The position numbers and the translations under genes were made by a program. From NCBI GenBank assembly GCA_032249135.1, contig JAVVGL010000001.1, positions 64,001 to 128,000 of the forward strand: 64,000 nucleotides of DNA, in the 5' to 3' direction. Source of the DNA: Candidatus Calescibacterium sp. GTDB lineage: Bacteria > Calescibacteriota > Calescibacteriia > Calescibacteriales > Calescibacteriaceae. Below, piece by piece: positions 20,004-28,766 of this stretch; the stretch's first letter is position 1, and each line of letters opens with the position of its first letter. The notes below the pieces were generated by a model. It did not search any database, was not told the DNA's origin, and saw only the letters and a program-made list of their open reading frames with translations.

Positions 20004-20630
20004 TTATTCCTTTTTGAAAAGCCCATATATAAACCACTCTAAATCTTTGCCTCTTTCCAAAACTTCAATAGGTTTGAGAAAATCAAATTCTTGTTTCAAA
20101 TTTTCCTCTGTAAAAAACCTATCATAGTGTTTTTTATGATATATAAAATGTCTTTTTCTTACCTCATGTATGTGGTGTTTGAATTTTGTGCTGAAAACAC
20201 CTATCAAAAAATATCCACCCTTTTTCAGAACTCTCATCAACTCTCTTTTGTAAGTTCGCAACATCTTTTTCCTGACATGATGGAAAACTCCAAAGTCTAA
20301 AACAATATCAAAATTTTCAGATTTGAACGGCATGAAGAAAACATCAGCAACTGCAATATATGTATTTTGAAAACCTGATATTCTTTGCTTCGTTGTCATA
20401 AGAGGAGTTCTGAGTATATCAAATCCAACAACTTTGGAATCAGGGAAAATTTTTTTGAGCAAAATCATGTGTCGCCCTTCACCGCAACCTATATCAAGAC
20501 AAGCCAAACTTTTCCCATCAAATTCAGGTTTTATTTTTTTGAGAAAATCTTCAAAAACAGGTTCAGGAGTATCAGATGGCCACGGAGTTTTACCACTCTG
20601 ATATGCTTTTTCATAAAATTCCTTGTCCAT
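20004..20630 (-). CDS. Class I SAM methyltransferase
   Basis: TPW N-terminal motif, LDIGCGEGRH, FDIVLDFGVFHH, LKKGG. Confidence 0.85.
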   Translation of the reverse strand: MDKEFYEKAYQSGKTPWPSDTPEPVFEDFLKKIKPEFDGKSLACLDIGCGEGRHMILLKKIFPDSKVVGFDILRTPLMTTKQRISGFQNTYIAVADVFFMPFKSENFDIVLDFGVFHHVRKKMLRTYKRELMRVLKKGGYFLIGVFSTKFKHHIHEVRKRHFIYHKKHYDRFFTEENLKQEFDFLKPIEVLERGKDLEWFIYGLFKKE

Positions 20631-20914
20631 ATATGAAAATTTAAAAAGATTTTTTCATCATAGTCTATTATCAAAGTTTCATCGTAATTCAAAATAAACG
20701 AGAAGATTTCCCGGGATTGCCCAACTAATAAAAACCTTTTAGAAAAAATAACCGATATAAACAACCCAAACAAAAAAGTAAAATTAACTAATAAACCAGA
20801 TGATTTATTGAAAAAGTAAAATTCAAAACAAAATTTTGAAATGGAGAAAAAAGAAGAAATCAAAAAGAAAAAAGAGAATATAAGCAGAAAAGAGAATATA
20901 AGCGCAGAAAAGAG

Positions 20915-21787
20915 TTGAAAAGATTTGACCTAATACTGAAAGAGATTATCTCAAGAGCTGCAAGCAAAATTATCTGGTTAGCGACGGGTAGAAAAGTAGA
21001 AGGCAAACTCAAAATGTTTCCAGCAGAAATAAGGTTAGCTAAATCCTTCTATACAGATATCTTGTTTGAGATAGGAGGCGAGATTTTTCAGATTGAAATC
21101 CAAGCTCAGCAGGATAAAACCATGCCAGAAAGAATGTTCAAGTATTACTATGCAATAGTAGAAAAATACAAAAAAGAACCTACGCAAATTGTTTTATTCG
21201 TTGGAAGAGGGAAACCTCCACCGTCAGAGCTCAAAACTCCCAAACTAACTTTAAAATATGAAGTTCTGGATATGAAGAGGATAGACCCAGATGTGTTTAT
21301 AAGAAGCCGAAAGCCGTACGAGGTTGTCGTCGGAGTTTTATCTGGCAAATACAGAGAAAAACCAAGAGCATTCAGGAAAGTTATGAAAAGGATTTCGGAG
21401 ATTGTCAAAAATGAAAAAGAACTTTTAAAATATATGGAAGATATAAGTTTTTTAGGTGGTTTATTCGATGTCAAAATAAAGGTAAAGCCTATGCCAATAC
21501 AAATAGATATAAGAAAAACACTCTTTTACAAATGGGGAAGAGAAGAAGGATTAAGAGAAGGTGAAAGGAGAGGTCTTGCAAAAGGTTTCAAAGAAGGACT
21601 TATAAAAGGTCTAAAAAAAGCAATCTTTCTGGACATTAAGTTAAAGTTTGGTAGTCAGAAAGCAAAGCAAATCAAAAACCTTTTAGATAAAATAAACGAC
21701 AAAAACCGTTTGGAGAAAATAAAAAAAGAAGTAATAAAAGCCGAAACTTGGGAGGATTTTTCCAAAGTCTTAAAAAACCATAAATGA
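20915..21787 (+). CDS. Rpn family PD-(D/E)XK protein (paralog of 974..1846)
   Basis: YTDILF...FQIEIQ, MPERMFKY, PTQIVLFVGRG shared with the paralog; EEGLREG repeats. Confidence 0.8.
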   Translation: MKRFDLILKEIISRAASKIIWLATGRKVEGKLKMFPAEIRLAKSFYTDILFEIGGEIFQIEIQAQQDKTMPERMFKYYYAIVEKYKKEPTQIVLFVGRGKPPPSELKTPKLTLKYEVLDMKRIDPDVFIRSRKPYEVVVGVLSGKYREKPRAFRKVMKRISEIVKNEKELLKYMEDISFLGGLFDVKIKVKPMPIQIDIRKTLFYKWGREEGLREGERRGLAKGFKEGLIKGLKKAIFLDIKLKFGSQKAKQIKNLLDKINDKNRLEKIKKEVIKAETWEDFSKVLKNHK

Positions 21788-21804
21788 AACAAAAGAAGAC
21801 AATT

Positions 21805-23019
21805 TCAAGCTTCTTTTCGTAAGATGTCAAATGGTTCTTTTCTTATCGCATAAGATACGGGAAACCAACTTGATATCAACGAAGAAAAGAAAGCAACAGA
21901 CCAACTCAAAAGAATATCAAAAAAATTTAATTCCGAAGGCAAATGCGATATAAAATATACATCCTCCGGCAGATGAATGATTTTATACCTTGATATAACG
22001 AAAGATATTAGCAATCCCAAAGATGTCCCCAATAAAATCCCTATTATTCCTATCATAACACCAACTCCCAAGAAAATCAACCTTATCTGATGAGAAGAGA
22101 AACCGAAAACCTTCAGAACTGCAATATCTTTTGATTTATCTCTTACAAGAATAGTCAAGGTTGAGAGTATGTTGAATGAAGCAACAACAACTATTAGTCC
22201 TAAAACCAAGGTCATTCCTATCTTTTCAAGACGCAAAGCAGCAAAGAGGTTTTTTTGAGTTCTCGTCCAAGGTAAAGCTACGAACTCTGGGAAAGTATAT
22301 TCTATAATGTCGGATACAAAGTCTGCTTTATCAGGATCATCTAACATAACAGCAACTGATGATACCCAACTTCCCGTATCAAAAAGTTCCTGGCACTGAG
22401 AAATATCTAAAAAAACAAAAACAGAATCCCAGTCAAAGATACCAACTTCAACTATACCAGATATTTCAACTTCTGTGGTGTTTGGAACAAAGCCGAAAAT
22501 TGTTGCATCTCCATAAGGTGATACAATAAGTATTTTATCTCCAACATCTAATCTTAAATTTTTTGCAAGCTGATGACCGACATTGACTTTGTCATCTGAG
22601 AAAACTTCGCCATATTTTAGAAACTTTCTGAAAAAAAGAGTATCTTTTACATATTTTGCAGGAATGCATTGCAAAACAACAGAAGTCGTAATTTCATCTT
22701 TTTTCAGTATTGCGTTTCCAACGATGAGAGGGAAAACAACTCTTACTCCTTCAATTTCCTTTAACTTGTCAACAAATTTTTCCCAATCTTCAATAACACC
22801 TCCATATTTTGTTATGAGTATGTGAGGAGTTATTCCGAGAATTTTTTCTTTCAGTTGCTTTCTCAAGCCCGTCATCACCGAGAGAACAACGATTAAAGTA
22901 GCGACTCCAACTCCAACGCCTACAATTGAAAGAGAACTCATCAATTTAAGAAAAGGAGATCTACCCCTGAAATATCTTAAAGCTAAAAATACAATATTTT
23001 TATTGAGTAAGTATTTCAC
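21805..23019 (-). CDS. Lipoprotein-releasing ABC transporter permease (LolC/LolE family)
   Basis: FLALRY, GVATLIVVLSVMTG, LFAALRLEK, VASFNILSTL, VYFISHLP. Confidence 0.9.
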   Translation of the reverse strand: MKYLLNKNIVFLALRYFRGRSPFLKLMSSLSIVGVGVGVATLIVVLSVMTGLRKQLKEKILGITPHILITKYGGVIEDWEKFVDKLKEIEGVRVVFPLIVGNAILKKDEITTSVVLQCIPAKYVKDTLFFRKFLKYGEVFSDDKVNVGHQLAKNLRLDVGDKILIVSPYGDATIFGFVPNTTEVEISGIVEVGIFDWDSVFVFLDISQCQELFDTGSWVSSVAVMLDDPDKADFVSDIIEYTFPEFVALPWTRTQKNLFAALRLEKIGMTLVLGLIVVVASFNILSTLTILVRDKSKDIAVLKVFGFSSHQIRLIFLGVGVMIGIIGILLGTSLGLLISFVISRYKIIHLPEDVYFISHLPSELNFFDILLSWSVAFFSSLISSWFPVSYAIRKEPFDILRKEA

Positions 23020-23746
23020 TTTCTTCTTCTCCCACCCTCACTGTATGTTCAAAATGCGCGGCAATTGAACCATCTTCTGAGACAACTGTCCAACCATCTT
23101 TAAGAACTTTTACTTTTCCACTTCCAGCACAAACCATAGGTTCAATACAGATAGTCATATTTTTCACAAGAACTATTCCTTGTCCCGGTTTTCCATAATT
23201 TAATATTGGAGGATCTTCGTGGAGTTTTCTACCTATACCGTGTCCGCAATATTCTTTAACCACAGAGAAACCATATTTTTTAACATAGCTTTCTATTATA
23301 TTTCCAATATCGCCAGTTTTCACCCCATGCTTTAAAAATTTTATTGCTTCAAGCAGAGCTTTTTCCGTGACCTCAACAAGAAGCTTTGTTCTCTCATCAA
23401 CATCCCCTATGATGAAAGTTTTAGCAGCGTCAGCGTGAAACCCACCGTACATTACTCCGTAGTCTATTGATACAACATCACCTTCTTTCAATATTTTTTC
23501 TTTATATGGTATTCCGTGAATAACCTCGTTATTTATTGAGACACAAGATGAAGCAGGATATCCCATGTATCCGTAAAAAGACGGATGTCCTCCTCTTTTT
23601 TTTGCGATCTCCCACGCTAAATCATCAATTTGCTTTGCTGATACTCCGGGTTTCATCAATTTTTCAACTTTTTCGAAAAACTCCGCAACTATTTTACCAG
23701 CTTTCCTTATATTTTTTATTTCTTCCTCTGTTTTAGGGAGTATCAT
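23000..23746 (-). CDS. map: Methionine aminopeptidase type I
   Basis: CVSINNEVIHGIP, GHGIGRKLHEDP, CIEPM, AHFEHT. Confidence 0.96.
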   Translation of the reverse strand: MILPKTEEEIKNIRKAGKIVAEFFEKVEKLMKPGVSAKQIDDLAWEIAKKRGGHPSFYGYMGYPASSCVSINNEVIHGIPYKEKILKEGDVVSIDYGVMYGGFHADAAKTFIIGDVDERTKLLVEVTEKALLEAIKFLKHGVKTGDIGNIIESYVKKYGFSVVKEYCGHGIGRKLHEDPPILNYGKPGQGIVLVKNMTICIEPMVCAGSGKVKVLKDGWTVVSEDGSIAAHFEHTVRVGEEESEILTQ

Positions 23747-23757
23747 ATATTATCCTT

Positions 23758-24567
23758 TTAATTATTAAATTTTATGACGATCTCAACTGATTTTTTCTTA
23801 TATTTTACATCGCATGAAGCATTTGGGAAAAATTCGTTTATTTTAGATAGTATTATATCTAATTTTTCTTTATCAACAATTTGCGAAATTGTATCATCTC
23901 CATTTTTTGATTTTCTTTGAGATTTTAGTTCTCTTACTCTCTTTTCTACTTCTCTGACATTAAGTTTTTTCTGAACTATTTCATCAGCAATATCTTCTAT
24001 GATTTTTTCATCCTCTATTGAACACAAGACTTTTGCATGCCCCAAAGAAATTTTACCTTCATCTACTAACTTTTTAACACTGTCAGGAAGTCTCAAAATT
24101 CTCAGCACATTCGTTACATATGTTCTTGATTTTCCTATTTTTTTACCTATATCATCGTGAGTGTATCCCATTTTTGATAGCTTATCAAAAGCAAGAGCTA
24201 ACTCCACAGGTGTTAAGTCTTCTCGTTGAATATTTTCAATAAGAGCTATCTCAAATGCCTCGTCATCTGAAACATCTTTTATAATTGCAGGAACTTTTGT
24301 AAGACCAGCAATTTTGCTCGCCCTGAGTCTTCTTTCCCCACATATAAGTTCGTAATATCCATCTTTACCTACTCTAACAATAAGCGGTTCTATTATACCT
24401 TTTGATTTTATGCTCTCTGCAAGTTCCATCAAACTTTTTTCATCAAAATTTTTTCTCGGCTGGAATATTGAACTCTTTATTCTTTCTATATCTATCATAA
24501 CAACCTCGTCTTTTCTTACAGAAGTCAAAAGAGCTCCCAAACCTTTTCCTAACTTCCTCTCCATCAA
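23758..24567 (-). CDS. parB: Chromosome partitioning protein ParB/Spo0J
   Basis: LGKGLGAL, QPRKNF, GERRLRA, ALIENIQREDL, HTH GKSRTYVTN. Confidence 0.95.
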   Translation of the reverse strand: MMERKLGKGLGALLTSVRKDEVVMIDIERIKSSIFQPRKNFDEKSLMELAESIKSKGIIEPLIVRVGKDGYYELICGERRLRASKIAGLTKVPAIIKDVSDDEAFEIALIENIQREDLTPVELALAFDKLSKMGYTHDDIGKKIGKSRTYVTNVLRILRLPDSVKKLVDEGKISLGHAKVLCSIEDEKIIEDIADEIVQKKLNVREVEKRVRELKSQRKSKNGDDTISQIVDKEKLDIILSKINEFFPNASCDVKYKKKSVEIVIKFNN

Positions 24568-24700
24568 TATAGAACTTATTTTATCATTCGTTTCTAAACA
24601 AATTCAAACTCCAAAAGAAAATATAAAAAAACATGAAGTAAAAAGAAAAGAAAATATTAAATATAAAAAATTAAAGCGGGGACTAAAAATAATTAGTGTT

Positions 24701-25483
24701 ATGGAAAAGGGACTTGGACCTTGGAGAGTTGTGGCATCTCAGATATGGGACCACCCACACGATCCCACAATATATGGTTTCATAGACATAGATACAACTG
24801 ACATACAAGAATACATAAAAGAAGAAAGAGAAAGAACAGGGGAAAAAATAACTATCACCCATGTAATAGGAAAAGCAATCGCAGATACTCTGGGAGAGCT
24901 TCCACATCTTAACCTTATAATGAAAAGAGGGAAACTAAAACAAAGAGAATCAGTAGATATATTCTTTCAAGTTGAATTCGGGGAAGGTCAGCTTGGTGGG
25001 GTTAAGATAAAGAATGTAGATAAAAAGAGTCTTGCAGAGATAGCAAAAGAACTCAGAGAAAAAGCACAAGAATTCAAAGAAGGCAGAGAGAAAAAAATGA
25101 CAAAACTTATAGAAACATTCAGCAAACTTCCACCATTTATCTTAAAGTATATGTTGAGAATTTCAAGATTTTTATCATATGAACTTGGAATAAGTATAGG
25201 TGGGCTTGAACAGGATCCATTCGGTTCAGCTATGGTAACAAATGTCGGAATTTTCGGACTTGAAATAGGATTCGCCCCATTATTCCCACTTTCCAAAACT
25301 CCAATAGTAGCTACATTAGGAAAAATAAGATTAAAACCAGTTATTGTAGGTGAGAAAATAGAACCTCGCCCTGTTATCTCAATAGGAGTCGCAATAGATC
25401 ATAGATATTACGATGGATATCACATAGGAATACTTGCGCGAAAGTTCATGGAGAAAATAGATGGGTATTCTAAAACAAAGTAA
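24701..25483 (+). CDS. Stand-alone 2-oxoacid dehydrogenase E2-type acyltransferase catalytic domain
   Basis: VTNVG, DHRYYDG catalytic motif; no lipoyl or E3-binding domain; start moved to ATG 24701. Confidence 0.8.
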   Translation: MEKGLGPWRVVASQIWDHPHDPTIYGFIDIDTTDIQEYIKEERERTGEKITITHVIGKAIADTLGELPHLNLIMKRGKLKQRESVDIFFQVEFGEGQLGGVKIKNVDKKSLAEIAKELREKAQEFKEGREKKMTKLIETFSKLPPFILKYMLRISRFLSYELGISIGGLEQDPFGSAMVTNVGIFGLEIGFAPLFPLSKTPIVATLGKIRLKPVIVGEKIEPRPVISIGVAIDHRYYDGYHIGILARKFMEKIDGYSKTK

Positions 25484-25500
25484 AAAAATATTTTATTTAT

Positions 25501-25785
25501 TTACCTTCTTCCTCGTGGAATTCCCTTTCCTCCCCTCATTTGAGGCTTAACTTGTTTTGGTCTTGGAGATGAAGGCGGAGCCAACCTTTCCACTTCCACT
25601 GCCTTCAAACCTTTTGGGTCCTCCTTCAACGAGAACTCTACTTCTTCTCCTTGAACCAATGTTTTGAACCCTTGTGTTTTTATTTCCGACCAATGAACGA
25701 ATACATCACCTTGTCCGTCTTCCCTTGTTATAAAACCGTATCCTTTTTTTGAATCAAACCACTTTACCTTTCCTTTTAACCTCAT
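25501..25785 (-). CDS. Cold-shock domain protein with basic C-terminal extension
   Basis: GKVKWFDSKKGYGFI (RNP1), DVFVHWS (RNP2); GGAGG SD upstream. Confidence 0.95.
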   Translation of the reverse strand: MRLKGKVKWFDSKKGYGFITREDGQGDVFVHWSEIKTQGFKTLVQGEEVEFSLKEDPKGLKAVEVERLAPPSSPRPKQVKPQMRGGKGIPRGRR

Positions 25786-25819
25786 TTATGTTTCAACCTC
25801 CACAGATACTAATTCAAAC

Positions 25820-25919
25820 GACCTAATCCGCCAGAGAAGGATAAACCTCCCTGCGGATGGTCAAAAATATGGGTGTCCTTACAAAGCCATTTCTCCCACC
25901 CAAAAAGAGAAATGACCTT
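25820..25919 (-). promoter_or_regulatory. Structured 5' leader of the cold-shock gene (two hairpins, possible pseudoknot)
   Basis: Stem 25883-25895/25907-25919; stem gacc-atccgc...gcggat-ggtc over 25820-25862; loop caccca 25897-25902 complementary to tgggtg 25870-25875. Confidence 0.55.
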
Positions 25920-26088
25920 TTTTATTTTGCTTACTCTTTTATTTTAAACACATTTTCCTTAAAAATCCAATTTCCCTTTAATTTCTTCCTATTTGCCCAA
26001 TAATTCATAAACACCAAAAACCAGAAAAATTTGAAAAAAAAAGAGGTAGTATTAATTTTAAACATATAAACAAAGGAGGTTATAGGAT

Positions 26089-26565
26089 ATGGAAGAAAAA
26101 AAGGAAAAAACATCGTCAGAAGCAAAGAAAAAAGCGAAATCCTCAGGAAAGAAAGAAAGAAAAAAAGAAGGGGAAAGATATGAGGAGATGAAAAAAGAAG
26201 AAGAGAAAAAAGAAGAGATTAAGGTTCAAGAGGAGCCCCGAGAAGCCGTCCAACAGGAGTTTGCTCAGCAAGAATCAGAATATGGAAAAAATCTTCTGTC
26301 TTCCATAATACAAAAAGCGAAGGAGATGGACATAATACAAAAAGCAAAAGATAGAATAAACTCACAGATACAAATAGCTAAAAACATGTATTCTCTTTTT
26401 CAAGGTATGAAACAAGCGTACGGAGGAGATACGAAAAAAGTACTTCAAGTTGCATTTAGCTTTGCAAAAGAAGAGATAAAAAGAAGAGCAAAGGAAAAAG
26501 TGAGTGAGCTGAAAGGAAAAGCAAATGAATTCAGAGAGAAAGCAAAAAAAATTGTGAAAATATAG
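26089..26565 (+). CDS. Hypothetical charged helical protein
   Basis: 158-aa ORF with AAGGAGG upstream; Lys/Glu-rich. Confidence 0.7.
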   Translation: MEEKKEKTSSEAKKKAKSSGKKERKKEGERYEEMKKEEEKKEEIKVQEEPREAVQQEFAQQESEYGKNLLSSIIQKAKEMDIIQKAKDRINSQIQIAKNMYSLFQGMKQAYGGDTKKVLQVAFSFAKEEIKRRAKEKVSELKGKANEFREKAKKIVKI

Positions 26566-26603
26566 AAATTAAAAGAAAAAAGATAATTAAGTTAGAGAAA
26601 ACT

Positions 26604-27761
26604 ATGGAAAAGCTTTTTTCTTCTGAATCTGTCACAGAGGGTCATCCGGATAAGCTCTGCGACAAAATAGCAGATGCAATATTAGATGAGTATATAAGGC
26701 AAGATAAATTTGCAAAGGTTGCTTGCGAAGTTCTCGCAAGCGGAAATATGATAGTTATAACCGGAGAATTCTTTTCTCACTCAGGTGTAAAAGTTGATGT
26801 AGAAGAAATAGCACGAAGAGTAATAAAAGATATAGGATACGAAGATGAAAAGAACGCAATAGATTGGAGAACATGCAAAATCATACCATATATAAAAGTT
26901 CAATCAGAAGACATAAGACAAGGAGTTGAAAGAGAAACAGGAGAAATAGGAGCAGGAGATCAAGGAATAATGTTTGGATACGCAGTTGATGAAACGCCAG
27001 AACTTATGCCTCTTTCTATATCTTTGGCGCACAAAATAGTAAAAAAACTTGCAGAGAAAAGAAAATCAGGTGAAGCTCCGTTTTTGAGACCAGATGGAAA
27101 AAGTCAAGTCACAATAGAATATAAAGATGGAAAACCAAAAAGAATTCACACTGTCGTTGTATCAACACAACACTCCGAAGATATTGATACGAAAACTCTG
27201 AGGGAGTATGTAATTGAAGAAATAGTAAAAAAAGTTATCCCACCTGAACTTATGAAGCCAGAGCCGAACTATTTTGTAAATCCAACCGGAAGATTTGTAA
27301 AAGGCGGACCACTTGCGGATGCAGGTCTTACGGGAAGAAAAACAATAGTAGATACCTACGGTGGACACGCAAGACATGGCGGAGGAGCCTTCTCCGGCAA
27401 AGACCCAACAAAAGTAGATAGATCTGCAAATTATATGGCTCGCAAAATTGCAAAAACCATAGTCGCCTCAGGTATAGCTAAAAAGTGTGAAGTAGCTCTT
27501 GCTTATGTGATAGGACAACCTGAACCGATCCATATCACTATTGAAACTTTCGGAACATCAAAGGTACCAGAAGATAAAATAGCAAAGGCTGTAAGAGAAC
27601 TTTTCAGGCTTTCAGTCAAAGATATAATAGAATTTCTTGATCTCAGAAGACCAATATATGAAAAAACCGCAACATACGGACATTTTGGAAGAGAAGACGA
27701 AGATTTCACATGGGAAAAAGTTGAGGGGAATCATGTTGAAATTCTCAGAGGTTTGATGTGA
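26604..27761 (+). CDS. metK: S-adenosylmethionine synthetase
   Basis: SESVTEGHPDK, GAGDQG, GGGAFSGKDPTKVDRS. Confidence 0.97.
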   Translation: MEKLFSSESVTEGHPDKLCDKIADAILDEYIRQDKFAKVACEVLASGNMIVITGEFFSHSGVKVDVEEIARRVIKDIGYEDEKNAIDWRTCKIIPYIKVQSEDIRQGVERETGEIGAGDQGIMFGYAVDETPELMPLSISLAHKIVKKLAEKRKSGEAPFLRPDGKSQVTIEYKDGKPKRIHTVVVSTQHSEDIDTKTLREYVIEEIVKKVIPPELMKPEPNYFVNPTGRFVKGGPLADAGLTGRKTIVDTYGGHARHGGGAFSGKDPTKVDRSANYMARKIAKTIVASGIAKKCEVALAYVIGQPEPIHITIETFGTSKVPEDKIAKAVRELFRLSVKDIIEFLDLRRPIYEKTATYGHFGREDEDFTWEKVEGNHVEILRGLM

Positions 27762-27895
27762 GAACGGAAGGAATAGTTCCTAACCTACGCAATTTTTGCA
27801 GAATTATCTTTTCAGAATATTTTTCAAGATTTCAAAATTTTTACAAAGAATTTTGAATGAAAATTTTTGATAGTAAAGTGGAATTAAACTGCTAT

Positions 27896-28753
27896 ATGCC
27901 TATGTGTAAAATATATTCAGTAACGGTAGCGTTAATGATCGGATTTTTGTTGATTGCAAGTTGCAAACTTAGTGGAGATCCCGAGATAATAAACTCCACC
28001 GCGGTCAATGAGGGAAAAGATTTGAAAATAGAATGGAAAAAAGTGCAAAACGCAGAAGGTTATAAGCTATACTGTGACGGAGCAGAAATAGGTAATATAA
28101 AAGAAACTTCATAAATCATACCAGGTCCATGGTATTACTGTAATTTTTTCGGTTGCAGAAAAGGTGGATTCACCTGCAAGACCGTAGAAGTTTTAGCTTA
28201 CTCATCTTTGGGGGGAGATAAGCGAACAGCATCGCTAAATTTAACTCCAAAGTTTGTACGCATAGATGGTCTGGTTTCTCATGACACTGAGGGAAACTCT
28301 TGGGTCAAAATTGATTTTTTAACTGGTGAGATAAAAGCAGTTCCAGAATACGAGGCAAATCCAAACATCCCGAATACAGCTTGGTTTGTCTTTTATAATA
28401 ATTCCGGAAATCCGGAGTTTAGAGATGCAGAAGAAGTTGGAAAAGTAGCGAATGTGAGAGTAAAATTCAGTGATAAGTTCAACGAAAATACCGTTCCCAA
28501 TCTCGCTCCTGACCCGGAAAGTTATAGCACAAAAATCACAGTTCCATCAACAGGCAAAATTTACTTTTGGATAGACAGTAAAGGAACAGGTTATGTTAGC
28601 GTAGATTCAAGCGACTACTTTGGCGCTATATTAGTCAAAAGTCTCATAGAGGGCAATACCCCTGAGATTTACCGAGGAGAAGGTCCCTACAAAATTGACC
28701 TTGAAATACTCCTTCAGGATAAGGTTAAGGGATTAAGATGGGTAAAGTGGTAG
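27896..28753 (+). pseudogene. Lipoprotein gene interrupted by one in-frame TAA (28112-28114)
   Basis: Lipobox LIASC; ORFs 27857..28114 and 28208..28753 share a frame and the gap is open (IIPGPWYYCNFFGCRKGGFTCKTVEVLAYSS). Confidence 0.75.
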
Positions 28754-28766
28754 TTTTACCAATTTT

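Noticed and set aside
20531..20863. 110-aa Phe-rich ORF and the many similar short antisense ORFs in the track
   Set aside because: Shadow frames of A-rich sequence or of real genes; no motifs or SD
24410..24700. N-terminal extension of the E2-like ORF
   Set aside because: Antisense overlap with parB and low-complexity intergenic sequence; ATG 24701 fits the domain start
23758..24700. parA and parS next to parB
   Set aside because: No parA gene and no TGTTTCACGTGAAACA-like palindrome seen
26566..26603. SAM riboswitch before metK
   Set aside because: Only 38 nt intergenic, with no consensus elements
28112..28114. Stop-codon recoding (Sec/Pyl or alternative genetic code)
   Set aside because: The codon is TAA, which ends many conserved genes here; a point mutation or error is simpler
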